A DNA stretch of 64,000 nt from Candidatus Beckwithbacteria bacterium. GTDB lineage: Bacteria; Patescibacteriota; Microgenomatia; UBA1400; CG1-02-47-37. Under the pieces are notes generated by a model that was not told the origin of the DNA, ran no database searches, and worked only from the letters and a program-made list of their open reading frames with translations. The position numbers and the translations under genes are program-made. Positions 8,561-19,100 of this stretch are shown here, in pieces. Where the stretch lies: assembly GCA_026397255.1 (NCBI GenBank), contig JAPLVF010000013.1, positions 150,062 to 214,061 of the forward strand. Direction: 5' to 3'. Numbering within the stretch: the stretch's first letter is position 1; each line of letters begins with the position of its first letter.

Positions 8561-10168
8561 AACTTTAAAAAGATTGGGAAGAAGAGGTTTAAAAGTAATT
8601 TCGGTTTCTTTCGGGTTAAGCGGGGAATAAAGCTGACGCGGCAGAAATTCCGGTTTTAATAAAACAAAACGGTAAAGGTTTTCCGGAACTAAATTGTACA
8701 AAAATACCGGCTGGCTTAGGCCATTATTAACCTGAAGGTTTAATTTTGTCTGCAATTCGTTTCTCTCATCGTAAACTAACAGCTGAAAATCATTCCCGCT
8801 GACCTGACGCTTAAACAGCATTTTGATATGAGCCACCAATGACGGCGGCGGGACAACTTTGATGGTTTGGTAAAACTTTTCCCCGAAAGGTTTGCCTTTA
8901 AGGCTTAATTGAAGGCCAAGAGAAAAATCTTGATGATCAGGCGGAGTTTTTAAGTTAATTTTAAAATCGGCTGTTTGAAACGGCTCGGTGGAATTAACCA
9001 GACTAACCTGAACCAGGTCCGGAGGAAAATCGCCGCTAGTTAATAAACTAAAATCAGCCGGTGTCCAAATGGACTGGCCGGTATTGGTTAAACTTAAGGA
9101 AAATTCATAAACAGAATTGTCAATTAAGGAACCGGGGATGTTCTTAGAAACAATGCTACTGGAATTATTTTGCTCCGGCCGGCCGGCAATTTTTGGTAAA
9201 GATTGAACCGCATAATAATGGGGGTAAAAATCGGCAGAGTTTGGCTTCCTCCAAGAAAATTGATTAAAGGGGCTTTCGGAATAATTTAAGATAAACGGGG
9301 TAATGGTCACTAAGTTGCTTTGGGTCCAAATTTGGGTAAAGGCTTGAGTATAGCGATCAGTTAAATTATTGGAATAAAAATTAGTCCAGCCGGTTTCCGT
9401 AATAAAAATCGGCAGGGAGGAATTTAATCCAAGGGTTGCAAGGTAATTAACCTCTGCCTGATAGCTTTGCAATGTTCCCAGGCCTTTAGCGGTGGGCAAA
9501 CCGGAAAAATCAGGATTGGGATAACTATGAGAGTTCCAGCCATCAAAAAGCGTAAAAATATCGTGATCGGCTTGATACATACGCTGCCAATAATTAACAG
9601 CGGAGAGGGTGGAGTTAGAGTTGGGGGCGGCGGTATCCAGTCCAGCCGGCAAAATAAAAAAATCTTCTGAAGCGGCCTTTAACTTGTCATGAAATTGCCG
9701 CACAATCGAGCTATATTCCGACGGATTAATCGAGTTCTCCCATTCCAAGGCATGATTGGGCTCATTAAAAAGAATCACATAGCGGTTGGTAACTACCCAA
9801 TTTAAAGAATTAAGGAAATCAACCCAGGTCTGAACTTCCGAAACTTCAGGTTTAACCCAGTAATTTTTTTCAGGATTAGTCGCCAGTCGAACAAGAGGAA
9901 TCAAGTGCAAACGGCGCAATTGATCAAAGACAGTCTGCCATTTATTTTTATCCCGGTCGTTCTGCCGGATGATTAAAGTCACGTAGCCCCAATCGCCTCC
10001 CTGACTATTAACTAAAGCGGCCGCAGCCGGAATATCCGCGGGCTCAAGAATGTGAATACCAAAACGATTATTAGGAACGGATAAAGGATTAACGATTGCC
10101 TGAGCCGGCCGGCTCGAAACCAGTAAGAAAATAAATAAACTGAGAAAAACCCAAAAAATTCTAGACAT
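8522..10168 (-). CDS. Secreted glycoside hydrolase, clan GH-A (GH5-like)
   Basis: Signal peptide MSRIFWVFLSLFIFLLVSSRPAQA. Candidate acid/base motif VILFNEPN and nucleophile motif IFITETGW lie about 125 aa apart. Confidence 0.45.
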   Translation of the reverse strand: MSRIFWVFLSLFIFLLVSSRPAQAIVNPLSVPNNRFGIHILEPADIPAAAALVNSQGGDWGYVTLIIRQNDRDKNKWQTVFDQLRRLHLIPLVRLATNPEKNYWVKPEVSEVQTWVDFLNSLNWVVTNRYVILFNEPNHALEWENSINPSEYSSIVRQFHDKLKAASEDFFILPAGLDTAAPNSNSTLSAVNYWQRMYQADHDIFTLFDGWNSHSYPNPDFSGLPTAKGLGTLQSYQAEVNYLATLGLNSSLPIFITETGWTNFYSNNLTDRYTQAFTQIWTQSNLVTITPFILNYSESPFNQFSWRKPNSADFYPHYYAVQSLPKIAGRPEQNNSSSIVSKNIPGSLIDNSVYEFSLSLTNTGQSIWTPADFSLLTSGDFPPDLVQVSLVNSTEPFQTADFKINLKTPPDHQDFSLGLQLSLKGKPFGEKFYQTIKVVPPPSLVAHIKMLFKRQVSGNDFQLLVYDERNELQTKLNLQVNNGLSQPVFLYNLVPENLYRFVLLKPEFLPRQLYSPLNPKETEITFKPLLPNLFKVLLDPLNYLRLRL

Positions 10169-10171
10169 GTT

Positions 10172-10972
10172 TTAGATTAGGGCAGGCGGTTTACCGGCAG
10201 AATGGGTCACCGGACCTAAAGGGACCTCATTGTGCGGATCGTCAACAAATAAAACAATGACTTTGCCTTTCGTGTTTTTTGGATAAAGACCAAGGTCGAC
10301 CATGACTTGCGGTGAGCCGCCGAATTGCTTACCGGTCTGTTTAGCCGGACCGGCATCGGCGATAACCGCGACTACGGCCGCACCGGTTTGAGGATTAACC
10401 ACTAAAACCTTACGATATTGAAACCACTGCTTCAATTGGTTGGCTTGCTGCGGCCAATCAGGTAAATATAAGGTTTGCACCGCCACATAATATTTTTCCC
10501 GTTCCCGATCCACCTTCGCCAAGGCTTCGGCAGACGAAGCAAAATAACCCCAAGCACCGGTGCCGGGAGCCAGCCCGACCTGGGGAAAGCTACGACCTTC
10601 CAGGGTGTCGCCCGGATAACGCAAGAGGTGCTGCTCCAAACCGATAAGGCCAATTTGGTTATTTAAGCGCTTCCCTTCGAGTTCGGCTACAGCTTTAATC
10701 CCCAGAGTTTTTTGAATTGCTTGCGTGATTGACAATTCTTCTTTTTCGGTTAAAACACGGTTGAACGACGGCAAAACTTTATTTAAATATTTACTTAAGA
10801 TTTTTTTTATTTCTTCATCATTAACTAATCCCAGGGGGAGACGCAATTCCGGCGGCTTGTCCGGCAAAGCTTTTAATGATTGCGAACCGGAAGTCAACAA
10901 TAAACTGCCGGCTAAAGAGGCAGAAGCCAATAAGTTTTTACCACTGATTTTATTCAAGTGTTTTTTGGGCAT
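10172..10972 (-). CDS. Hypothetical exported protein, possible RlpA-like DPBB C-terminal domain
   Basis: Signal-like N-terminus. C-terminal VLVVNPQTGAAVVAVIADAGP...VMVDLG resembles the N..G..V.V.DRGP...IDLS pattern of DPBB domains. The assignment is weak. Confidence 0.35.
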   Translation of the reverse strand: MPKKHLNKISGKNLLASASLAGSLLLTSGSQSLKALPDKPPELRLPLGLVNDEEIKKILSKYLNKVLPSFNRVLTEKEELSITQAIQKTLGIKAVAELEGKRLNNQIGLIGLEQHLLRYPGDTLEGRSFPQVGLAPGTGAWGYFASSAEALAKVDREREKYYVAVQTLYLPDWPQQANQLKQWFQYRKVLVVNPQTGAAVVAVIADAGPAKQTGKQFGGSPQVMVDLGLYPKNTKGKVIVLFVDDPHNEVPLGPVTHSAGKPPALI

Positions 10973-12335
10973 AATTTAACCTCTTTATTGCTTCATCTTT
11001 CCCTAATATATATATAATATCAAACAAGGGCGGAGTGGCCGGTCGGGCGGTAACCACCAATCTTAAGGTCATAAAGGCCTGGCGGGGTGATAAATTTAAT
11101 TTTTGCTGTAACTGATGCAGGTCTGTTTCTAAATTTTTTACTGTCCAAGATTTGAGTACTTTAATTACTTGAATTACCTCTTGCAAATATTTTTTTGTCT
11201 CGACGGCGGACAGTTTTGATTCCTCCAGCAAAGCCTGTTTGTCCACTTTTGGCGGGTTAACAAAATAATCAATTAAATCATTAATTTCCCCCAACTTAAT
11301 CATTCTTTCCTGGATTAAAGGAATAATTTGAGCTAATTGTTTATCGCTTATCTTTAATTTCAGGTATGGTTTAATTAATTGAAGTAAGGTTTTTGGCGGA
11401 GTTTGCCGAATTAATTTAGCGTTAAAATAATTCAATTTTTTAAGGTCAAAAATTGAATTGGCAATTTGGACTTTAGTTAAGTCAAATAAATTAATTAACT
11501 GCTCCATTGTCAGCAGCTGAGAATTATCCTGATAAGACCAGCCAAGATAGGCCATAAATGTGACCAACGCTTCAGGTAAATAACCTTCAGCTTGATAATC
11601 TAAAATGCTTTTGGCTCCGTGGCGTTTAGACAACTTAGCCTTATCCGGACCTAAGATAACCGGAAAGTGGCCGATCTGAGGAATCGGCCAGCCAAAGGCC
11701 TGATATAGAAGAAGGTGTTTGGGAGTGGAGGAAATCCACTCGACGCCGCGTAAAATATGGCTGATTTTCATCAAATGATCGTCAATGACCACAGCCAAAT
11801 GATAAGTCGGATAACCATCAGATTTTAACAGTACCTGATCATCCAATAATTCATTTTTAAACTCAATTCTTGATTGAATCAAATCATCCCAACCGGTAAC
11901 GCCTTGATCCGGCACCCGGAGACGAATCACGTGAGGAGTTTTCTTAACCAAGAGGTTGGTCACCTCAGCCGGACTTAGTTTTAAACAATGCTGATCGTAA
12001 CCCTGACCACGCAGTTTTACCAACCGCTCTTTGGTACAAAAACAATAGTAAGCCAATTTCTTCTTAACCAGCAACTCGGCATGTTCTTGGTAAATTGGTA
12101 ATCTTTCGGACTGAATATACGGCCCTTCGTCCCAGGTAATGCCGACAGTTTTTAAAATTTGTAAAATTTTTTTCAAACTCCCGGGAACTAATCTCTCCCG
12201 ATCGGTGTCTTCAATTCTCAAAATCAATTTCCCCTTATTGTGCCGGGCAAATAAGTAATTAAATAAAGCAGTGCGGGTATTGCCAATATGGGGAATACCG
12301 GTCGGACTGGGGGCAAAGCGGACACGAATAGACAT
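10950..12335 (-). CDS. gltX: Glutamate--tRNA ligase
   Basis: HIGH motif PSPTGIPHIGNTRTAL and the KLSKR (KMSKS) motif. 461 aa. Confidence 0.9.
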   Translation of the reverse strand: MSIRVRFAPSPTGIPHIGNTRTALFNYLFARHNKGKLILRIEDTDRERLVPGSLKKILQILKTVGITWDEGPYIQSERLPIYQEHAELLVKKKLAYYCFCTKERLVKLRGQGYDQHCLKLSPAEVTNLLVKKTPHVIRLRVPDQGVTGWDDLIQSRIEFKNELLDDQVLLKSDGYPTYHLAVVIDDHLMKISHILRGVEWISSTPKHLLLYQAFGWPIPQIGHFPVILGPDKAKLSKRHGAKSILDYQAEGYLPEALVTFMAYLGWSYQDNSQLLTMEQLINLFDLTKVQIANSIFDLKKLNYFNAKLIRQTPPKTLLQLIKPYLKLKISDKQLAQIIPLIQERMIKLGEINDLIDYFVNPPKVDKQALLEESKLSAVETKKYLQEVIQVIKVLKSWTVKNLETDLHQLQQKLNLSPRQAFMTLRLVVTARPATPPLFDIIYILGKDEAIKRLNYAQKTLE

Positions 12336-12337
12336 AT

Positions 12338-13459
12338 TTGCATTTTAACAGAGAAACTAGCTATACTCAAAGAGAAATGGCAACTTTAACAGAAACCGCC
12401 GTTGGGGCCAAAAAAGTTTTTTTATTCGGCTTAGTGGCAGTAGTGGCATTTTTATTGTTACAAGTAGGTTTATTCTTTTTTAACACCTATCTTAAGGTGG
12501 TTAAGCCGGCTCCAACTCCGCCGCCGACAGTAGCTTTTGGTAAACTAACAAAAATTGCCTGGCCGCAAAAATTAAATCCGGAAATTACTTTAAGGTTGGA
12601 AACCACAACCGGAGGAACCCCAGATTTAGGCGATCGAGCCGAGGTTTATTTAATGCCGACATTCCGATCTAATTTTCTGGCACTTGACCAGGCTAAGCTG
12701 ACGGCAAAAAAAATGAGTTTTACCGATCAGCCGAAAGAAATTACCGACAGACGCTACCGCTGGGAAACTGAAGAATTTTTACCCTCAATCCTGGAAATGG
12801 ATATTATCAACGGCTCGTTTTCTTTAAAAAGAAATTGGCAAACCGACCCGACAATTTTGTCAGAAAAACAGTTGCCCGGAAAAGAACAGACAATAATTGA
12901 AGTGAAGAATTTTTTAAGGCAAGTGGGACTGTTAAGTAGCGAGTTGGAAAACGCCAGAATTGAGATTTCCTACTTAACGTTTTCCAGCGGTCAATATCAG
13001 AAAGCGGTGAGTTTATCGGAGGCGGACTTTGTTCAGGCAGATGTATTCCGGCCGGACATCAATAATCACGCCGTCTTTCCGCCCAACCCCCAAAAAGGGA
13101 TTATCAGTATTATTTTCTCCGGATCAAGAGAAACAGCCAAACAAATTATCCAGGTTGATTATAATTATTTCCCGGTTAACTTTGACCAATCGGCCACCTA
13201 TCCGATTAAATCGGCCAGCCAGGCCTGGAGAGAATTACAAACCAAACAAGGATTTATTGCCAGTGTCGGCAGCAGTAGTGAAGTAGTGGCAATAAGAAGA
13301 ATATATTTGGCCTATTATGACAGCGAGACCCCGAACGGGTTCTTAATGCCGATAATCGTCTTTGAAGGCGATAGTGGTTTTTATGGTTACGTGCCGGCAA
13401 TTACTAATGAATGGCTGACAGATTCTCCCAACGGTGATTCGCAAACGTCCAATCAATAA
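12338..13459 (+). CDS. Hypothetical membrane-anchored protein
   Basis: TM helix near the N-terminus and a proline-rich linker PAPTPPPT. No recognised domain. The start may instead be the MATLTE Met 13 codons downstream. Confidence 0.4.
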   Translation: MHFNRETSYTQREMATLTETAVGAKKVFLFGLVAVVAFLLLQVGLFFFNTYLKVVKPAPTPPPTVAFGKLTKIAWPQKLNPEITLRLETTTGGTPDLGDRAEVYLMPTFRSNFLALDQAKLTAKKMSFTDQPKEITDRRYRWETEEFLPSILEMDIINGSFSLKRNWQTDPTILSEKQLPGKEQTIIEVKNFLRQVGLLSSELENARIEISYLTFSSGQYQKAVSLSEADFVQADVFRPDINNHAVFPPNPQKGIISIIFSGSRETAKQIIQVDYNYFPVNFDQSATYPIKSASQAWRELQTKQGFIASVGSSSEVVAIRRIYLAYYDSETPNGFLMPIIVFEGDSGFYGYVPAITNEWLTDSPNGDSQTSNQ

Positions 13460-14306
13460 GACTACGGCTATCACCGAAGCGGTCGCTACTGTCCAAAATA
13501 ACCGTAATAATCCGGTGACCGTTACGCTGGACGTAACCAACTAAACATTCCCCGGCCAATTGAGTTAAGCCGGTTTTAACCCCGGCTAAACCAGGAATCT
13601 GACCCAAAAGCTGATTAACATTTTTAAGCTCGTGAATCACGGTGTTATCGGTGTCGGTGACGGTAATACTAATGGTCGAGACAATTTTGGAAAATTCGGG
13701 ATTTTGGAGGGCAACGGCAGCCAACAGGCTTAAATCATGAACGGTGGTATAGTGATTATAATTATCCAAGCCAATCGGATTAATAAATTGAGTGGAATCA
13801 AGATGTAGACTGTTTGCTTTTTGATTCATGGCTGTTACAAAACCGGCTTCTCCGCTCGGATAAAATTGCGCCAAAGCCACGGCGGCATCATTGGCAGAAG
13901 CGACTAAAAGGCCATAAAGCAGATTTTCGACAGTAATTTTTTCGCCGGGAATTAAATCCATGTTGGATTTTTCCACCTTAATATTGCCGATAGTGACAAT
14001 GTCACTAAGAACATAGTTATCCAAAGCCACCAAGGCTGTCATAATTTTGGTAGTAGAAGCGGGCAAAAGTTTTAAATCAGGATTTTTTTCGTAAATAATG
14101 GCTTTGGAGTCGACGTCAATTACAATGGCCGAACGGCTAGATAAATAAGGAGTGAGTCGCCCAGTAGAATTTAAGGGGTAATCGGAAAAAGAACTGATTT
14201 GGTAATTAACCGGCCGGGTTACCGGGGTAAGAACATCTAATTTAATGGTCAGAAAACACGAAAAAATCAGCGCCAGAATAAGGTTTAAATTTAAAAACTG
14301 CTTCAT
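13404..14306 (-). CDS. D-alanyl-D-alanine carboxypeptidase (PBP5-type serine peptidase, S11)
   Basis: Signal peptide, then SxxK (ASTTKIMT), SxN (SAND) and KTG (GVKTGLT) motifs. Confidence 0.8.
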   Translation of the reverse strand: MKQFLNLNLILALIFSCFLTIKLDVLTPVTRPVNYQISSFSDYPLNSTGRLTPYLSSRSAIVIDVDSKAIIYEKNPDLKLLPASTTKIMTALVALDNYVLSDIVTIGNIKVEKSNMDLIPGEKITVENLLYGLLVASANDAAVALAQFYPSGEAGFVTAMNQKANSLHLDSTQFINPIGLDNYNHYTTVHDLSLLAAVALQNPEFSKIVSTISITVTDTDNTVIHELKNVNQLLGQIPGLAGVKTGLTQLAGECLVGYVQRNGHRIITVILDSSDRFGDSRSLIDWTFANHRWENLSAIH

Positions 14307-15691
14307 TTAACCACTTTAACATGAAGTTCCTTTAGTTGTTCGTCGGTGGCTGGCGAGGGGGCGTCCATGATCGAGACTTGACCGGAGGCGACGGCCGGAA
14401 AAGCCATCACTTCCCGGACACTGGATTCGCCAAAAACGGCCATTAAAAACCGGTCAATGCCCGGAGCAATACCGCCGTGCGGCGGGACACCGTAAGTAAA
14501 GGCCGTGAGCATGTGTCGGAATTCTTCTTTCTGCTTTGAGGTAAAACCGATCAACTCGAAAACTTTTTCCTGGATTTTGGGGTCGTGAATCCTGATTGAT
14601 CCCCCGCCCACTTCGTAACCATTTAAAACTAAATCATGCTGCAAACCCCGGACTTTTAAAGGGTTTTTGTCTAGTAATTTAATATCGTCTGGGTGCGGGC
14701 TGGTAAACATGTGGTGCGACGGAGCAAACTTGGCTTGGCCGGAACCGTAATAAAAGTCCTCTTTGCTTTGCTTAGTAAATAACGGAAAGTCAATAATCCA
14801 GGCAAAGGCCAATTCATCAGAGTTGGTTTTGTCTTTTCTCAAGTCCGGTTTATCGGAACCGTACTGTTTTTTAGCTTGAGCGTGAGTAATTCTGGGCCAA
14901 GGCGACTGAGAAATGGTTTTATGGGGAAAGAGTTGTTTAATGAGCTTGGTAAACATCGCTTCAGTTAATTGAAGAATGTCGTTTTGCTCGACAAAAGACA
15001 TTTCGATATCCAGCTGGGTAAATTCACCGTAAGCCCGGTCGCGACGCGGGTCTTCATCGCGAAAACAACGGGCTATCTGAAAATAACGTTCAAACCCGGC
15101 TACCATCAGCATTTGTTTATATTGCTGGGGACTTTGCGGCAGGGCATAAAAATTACCGGGCTGTAACCGGGAAGGCACGAGAAAATCCCGGGCGCCTTCA
15201 GGAGTCGTTTTGGTTAAAATCGGGGTTTCGACTTCCACAAAATCCTGATTCAATAAATATTGACGGATAAAATTTACCACCCGGGAACGAGCCTTAATAA
15301 TTTGATTTAGGCGCGGCCGGCGTAAATCCAAGTAGCGGTATTTTAAACGGATGGTTTCGTCGATGTCGTGGCCGTCCGTATCCAGCGGGAAAGGTAATTC
15401 TCTGGATTTGGTAATAATATCAATTTTTTCCGCCTGAATTTCGACAGTGCCGGTCGCCAATTTGGGATTAACTAATTTTTCCGGCCGTTTGACTGCCTGA
15501 CCGGTGACGGCCACAACCGACTCCGGTTTTAAATCAATTTTTGACTGAGTGACTATCTGAATCAGGCCCGACCGGTCACGTAAATCAAAAAAAGTAATTT
15601 TGCCGTGGGAACGGACTGAATTCACCCAGCCTTTTAATAAAACGGTTTTAGCGACGTGTTTAACCGCCTCAACCGCCAAAGTTCTTTCCAT
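14303..15691 (-). CDS. aspS: Aspartate--tRNA ligase (short, GAD-less form)
   Basis: OB-fold GWVNSVRSHGKITFFDLRD, motif 2 FQIARCFRDEDPRRDRAYGEFTQLDIEMSF and GGSIRIHDP. The start is placed at MERTLAVE, which is preceded by a GAGGAGGG RBS; the ORF track begins 12 codons earlier. Confidence 0.8.
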   Translation of the reverse strand: MERTLAVEAVKHVAKTVLLKGWVNSVRSHGKITFFDLRDRSGLIQIVTQSKIDLKPESVVAVTGQAVKRPEKLVNPKLATGTVEIQAEKIDIITKSRELPFPLDTDGHDIDETIRLKYRYLDLRRPRLNQIIKARSRVVNFIRQYLLNQDFVEVETPILTKTTPEGARDFLVPSRLQPGNFYALPQSPQQYKQMLMVAGFERYFQIARCFRDEDPRRDRAYGEFTQLDIEMSFVEQNDILQLTEAMFTKLIKQLFPHKTISQSPWPRITHAQAKKQYGSDKPDLRKDKTNSDELAFAWIIDFPLFTKQSKEDFYYGSGQAKFAPSHHMFTSPHPDDIKLLDKNPLKVRGLQHDLVLNGYEVGGGSIRIHDPKIQEKVFELIGFTSKQKEEFRHMLTAFTYGVPPHGGIAPGIDRFLMAVFGESSVREVMAFPAVASGQVSIMDAPSPATDEQLKELHVKVVK

Positions 15692-15720
15692 AACTTTGAT
15701 TATATTGATAAACCCTCCTC

Positions 15721-15744
15721 TTGACAATCAATAAATGTTATAAT
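15721..15744 (+). promoter_or_regulatory. Candidate sigma-70 promoter with extended -10 (TGtTATAAT) and TTGACA
   Basis: ttgaca at 15721-15726 and tgttataat at 15736-15744. The spacer is only 12 bp, so the -35 may not be used. Followed by GGGAGA and the ATG at 15762. Confidence 0.35.
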
Positions 15745-15761
15745 CGGGAGAAATTTTTAAT

Positions 15762-16103
15762 ATGGCTACTATTTGTGAAAGACCATGTCCACTTCCAAAA
15801 TGGGCGCGAAACAAATGTCCTCAAAGTCCAAATAACCTACATTCTTGCCTAAAAAAAGTAAATGAACACATTGAACCAGGAATGACTTTGGGTGATTTAA
15901 AAAAATTAATTATGCCCGCAGATTCGCCCACCCCTCAAGTTCCTCCTTTGGAGCATTTTGTTTCACTTTCAGAGTTATTAGCTGACGAGACAATCTCTCG
16001 CTATGAAATAGAATCATTAGAAATATTATCTGATCAAAAAAAACAGCCAGCGGCTTGCTTGTTAAAATTTAAAAATGGCCGAGAAATGATTTTCAGGTTG
16101 TAA
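15762..16103 (+). CDS. Hypothetical small cysteine-containing protein
   Basis: 113 aa ORF with a good RBS and promoter. A-rich codon usage, unlike its neighbours. No recognisable domain. Confidence 0.3.
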   Translation: MATICERPCPLPKWARNKCPQSPNNLHSCLKKVNEHIEPGMTLGDLKKLIMPADSPTPQVPPLEHFVSLSELLADETISRYEIESLEILSDQKKQPAACLLKFKNGREMIFRL

Positions 16104-17712
16104 TAATCTCTTTTATCTTTAGCTGCAATTCTTTTTTGTTGTGCCATTCATTTTTCTCAAGCGTATAGGCAATATTGACTAATTGGCCGGGGGTAAGTTT
16201 ATCGGCCAGATAGCCTTGATTAAAAGCTATCCCTGAAAATTTTTCAAGACGAAGCTTTAGGTGTTTATTGTCCTGACCGACTGGGCGAAAGTTGATTAAT
16301 TTAACTTGGCTCGTGCAAAAAACCGGCTCGGAGTTCCCAAAACCAAAAGGCCTTAATTTTTCCAGATCAGCCATTAAGTCCCAAGTGATATCCGAAAGTT
16401 TAATCTCGCAATCGATTTCTATAACCGGCTGCAGCTGATTGCCGGATAATTGTGTTTGGGCCAGGTTTTCCAATTTTTTTTGAACTAATTTAATATTCTT
16501 ATTGTCGATCGTAAAACCGGCGGCTAACTCGTGACCACCATGCTCCAACAAATATCTTTCCAAAGACCGGATGTTTTTAATGGCGTTAAACCCCTTAATA
16601 GAACGAATAGAAGCTTTGGAATAATTTTTGCCCAAGGCAATAACCACGGACGGATGATGAAATTCTTCAGCTAAGCGACCGGCAACCAAGCCAACCACGC
16701 CCTCATGGTAGGATTTGTCAGCCACAAAGATTAAAGCTTTTTTTTGATTGGTGGTTAACCACTTTTTTTTGGCATCAAGAAACATGGTTAAAGTTTTATC
16801 CTGACGCAGTTGATTAATTTCCCCTAAATGTTTGGCTAATTTTTCTCCCCGCTCTTTATCTTTGGTACAAACCAGGCGTAAAGAATTTAAGGCGTGTTCC
16901 ATGCGACCCATGGCATTAAGCCGGGGAGCGAAAATAAAACTGACCTGGTGTTCGGAAATATTGGTTAGATCAAGGCCGGCAACTTTAGCTAGGGCTTTAA
17001 GGCCAAAACGTTGGGTTTGGCGTAATTGTTGTAAACCGAATTTAACCAAGCTACGGTTGGGACCGATTAAGGGTACCATATCGGCAATCGTGCCGAGAGC
17101 GGCTAAGTCAAGAATAGTATTTAGCATATAGCTTTTAGTATTTAGCGATTTAAGAATTTCCCGGCTAAAAAACCAGGCCACGCCGGCACCGGCCAACTCA
17201 GTGGTATGAATAATAGTTAAGGCTGGTGGTAAGTGAACTTTCCCTTGTCGATGTTGAGGTAGGTGGTGATCGGTAATAATAACATCAATCCCCAATTTTT
17301 TAGCAAATTCACAACCTTTAAAAGCAGAAATGCCGTTATCGACAGTAATAATGAGGGAGGGATGATCTTTAAGTGATCCTATTCCTGTCGGAGAGAGACC
17401 GCGAACGGGATCGTTGCGTACCGGAATATAGGGCAAAACTTTGGCCCCTAAAAAATTAAGGGCTTCCCAAAGAATGGCGGTGGCGCTGACACCGTCAGTG
17501 TCGTAGTCGCCGTAAATATAAATTAGTTCCTGATTTTTGATAGCCTGTTTGATCCTGGAAATAGCTTTGGCCACCTGAATTTTACTGATCTTTAGATCCT
17601 TAAGTTTAATTTTTTCCGGATTGGTGGGATTAAGAAATTCAACCTGGTCTTTTTTGGTGATCAAGCCGCGTTTTTTGAGTAAGCTTAAAATAATTTTCCA
17701 ATTTTTATTCAT
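16093..17712 (-). CDS. recJ: Single-stranded-DNA-specific exonuclease RecJ
   Basis: DHH-family motifs IYGDYDTDGVSATAIL and IITDHH, with a C-terminal DHHA1/OB region. Confidence 0.85.
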   Translation of the reverse strand: MNKNWKIILSLLKKRGLITKKDQVEFLNPTNPEKIKLKDLKISKIQVAKAISRIKQAIKNQELIYIYGDYDTDGVSATAILWEALNFLGAKVLPYIPVRNDPVRGLSPTGIGSLKDHPSLIITVDNGISAFKGCEFAKKLGIDVIITDHHLPQHRQGKVHLPPALTIIHTTELAGAGVAWFFSREILKSLNTKSYMLNTILDLAALGTIADMVPLIGPNRSLVKFGLQQLRQTQRFGLKALAKVAGLDLTNISEHQVSFIFAPRLNAMGRMEHALNSLRLVCTKDKERGEKLAKHLGEINQLRQDKTLTMFLDAKKKWLTTNQKKALIFVADKSYHEGVVGLVAGRLAEEFHHPSVVIALGKNYSKASIRSIKGFNAIKNIRSLERYLLEHGGHELAAGFTIDNKNIKLVQKKLENLAQTQLSGNQLQPVIEIDCEIKLSDITWDLMADLEKLRPFGFGNSEPVFCTSQVKLINFRPVGQDNKHLKLRLEKFSGIAFNQGYLADKLTPGQLVNIAYTLEKNEWHNKKELQLKIKEIITT

Positions 17713-17732
17713 AACGGCTATAATCTTATCAT

Positions 17733-19100
17733 ATGAAGATTAAGCTGCCTGAATTGGTGGTTAAAGTTTTGGAAACTTTGGAAAAGGCCGGATTTGAAGC
17801 TTATGTGGTGGGTGGAGCAGTCAGGGATATCTTAACAGAAACGCCGGTTAAAGATTGGGATTTCACTAGCGATGCTAACCCAGAAGAAATTGTGAAACTA
17901 TTTAAAGAGGCTTTCTATGATAATCGATTTGGAACCGTGGGTGTGGCGGCTAAACATCTGGAAGAACAATTCGGATTAAAAAGTAAGACTGACAGAGTCT
18001 ATGAAATAACCACTTTCAGAAGCGAATCGGGATATTCAGACAGACGGCGGCCGGATAAGGTGGCGTGGGGAAAAAGCTTAAAAGAAGATTTAAAAAGAAG
18101 GGATTTTACTATTAATGCCATGAGTTTTAATAAAAATCTAAAATTGATCGATCCGTTTGAGGGAGAAAAAGATTTAACCAATAAACTAATTAGAGCGGTT
18201 GGCGACCCGAATAAAAGATTTCAAGAAGACGCTTTAAGAATGATGCGGGCAATCAGAATTGCCAGCCAATTAGGTTTTAGCATAGAAATAAAAACCCTGG
18301 CAGCGATTAGTAAAAACAGCACTTTAATTAAACAAATCAGCGCCGAAAGAGTAAGGGATGAATTATTAAAAATTCTGGGCTCGAAATATCCAAAAGACGG
18401 AATTTTATTATTATTCAGCACGGGAATTTTAAAATATATTTTGCCGGAATTAATCGAGACGCGGGAAATCGAACAGGCGGGACACCACACTAAAGATGTT
18501 TGGAATCACAGTTTGGATAGTTTAGCCGCCTCTCCCTCCCCCAACCCGATTATCCGCTTAGCCACTTTACTTCATGATATCGGCAAACCGATGGTTAAGG
18601 CAAGCCGGGAAGGTAAAGAAATTACTTTTTACAACCACGAGGTCGCCGGGGCCAGAATGACGAAACTTATCAGCCGCCGTTTGCGCTTATCAAAAAAAGA
18701 CAGCGACTTGCTATGGTTATTGGTCCGCTGGCATATGTTCGCTTATGAACCGAAAATGACTGATAAAGCTATCAGAAGATTTATCCGCCGGATCGGCAAA
18801 GAAAATATTAATAATATGATAATGCTCCGGGTTGGCGACCGCATTGGCGGCGGAAGCAAGGCGACTTCGTGGCGGCTACGCGAATTACAGGAAAGGATTG
18901 AGCAGGTATTGTATACGCCGATGCAAATTACTGACTTAAAAGTTAACGGTAAAGATGTAATGGACACTTTAAATATTCCAAGCGGACCGAAAGTCGGCCA
19001 AATTTTGAAAAAAATATTTGATGAAGTAATGGAAGACGCCACCAAAAACGACCGGGAGTATTTGTTAAAGAGAATTAAAGAAATACAAACTCATACTTGA
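17733..19100 (+). CDS. cca: CCA-adding tRNA nucleotidyltransferase with HD domain
   Basis: GGAVRDIL...DWDF polymerase-beta head and the HD motif LLHDIGKP. 455 aa. Confidence 0.85.
   Translation: MKIKLPELVVKVLETLEKAGFEAYVVGGAVRDILTETPVKDWDFTSDANPEEIVKLFKEAFYDNRFGTVGVAAKHLEEQFGLKSKTDRVYEITTFRSESGYSDRRRPDKVAWGKSLKEDLKRRDFTINAMSFNKNLKLIDPFEGEKDLTNKLIRAVGDPNKRFQEDALRMMRAIRIASQLGFSIEIKTLAAISKNSTLIKQISAERVRDELLKILGSKYPKDGILLLFSTGILKYILPELIETREIEQAGHHTKDVWNHSLDSLAASPSPNPIIRLATLLHDIGKPMVKASREGKEITFYNHEVAGARMTKLISRRLRLSKKDSDLLWLLVRWHMFAYEPKMTDKAIRRFIRRIGKENINNMIMLRVGDRIGGGSKATSWRLRELQERIEQVLYTPMQITDLKVNGKDVMDTLNIPSGPKVGQILKKIFDEVMEDATKNDREYLLKRIKEIQTHT

Noticed and set aside
13343-13540. 65-aa minus ORF spanning the 3' ends of two convergent genes
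   Set aside because: It is embedded in or overlaps the ends of the hypothetical protein and the carboxypeptidase, with no independent signal.
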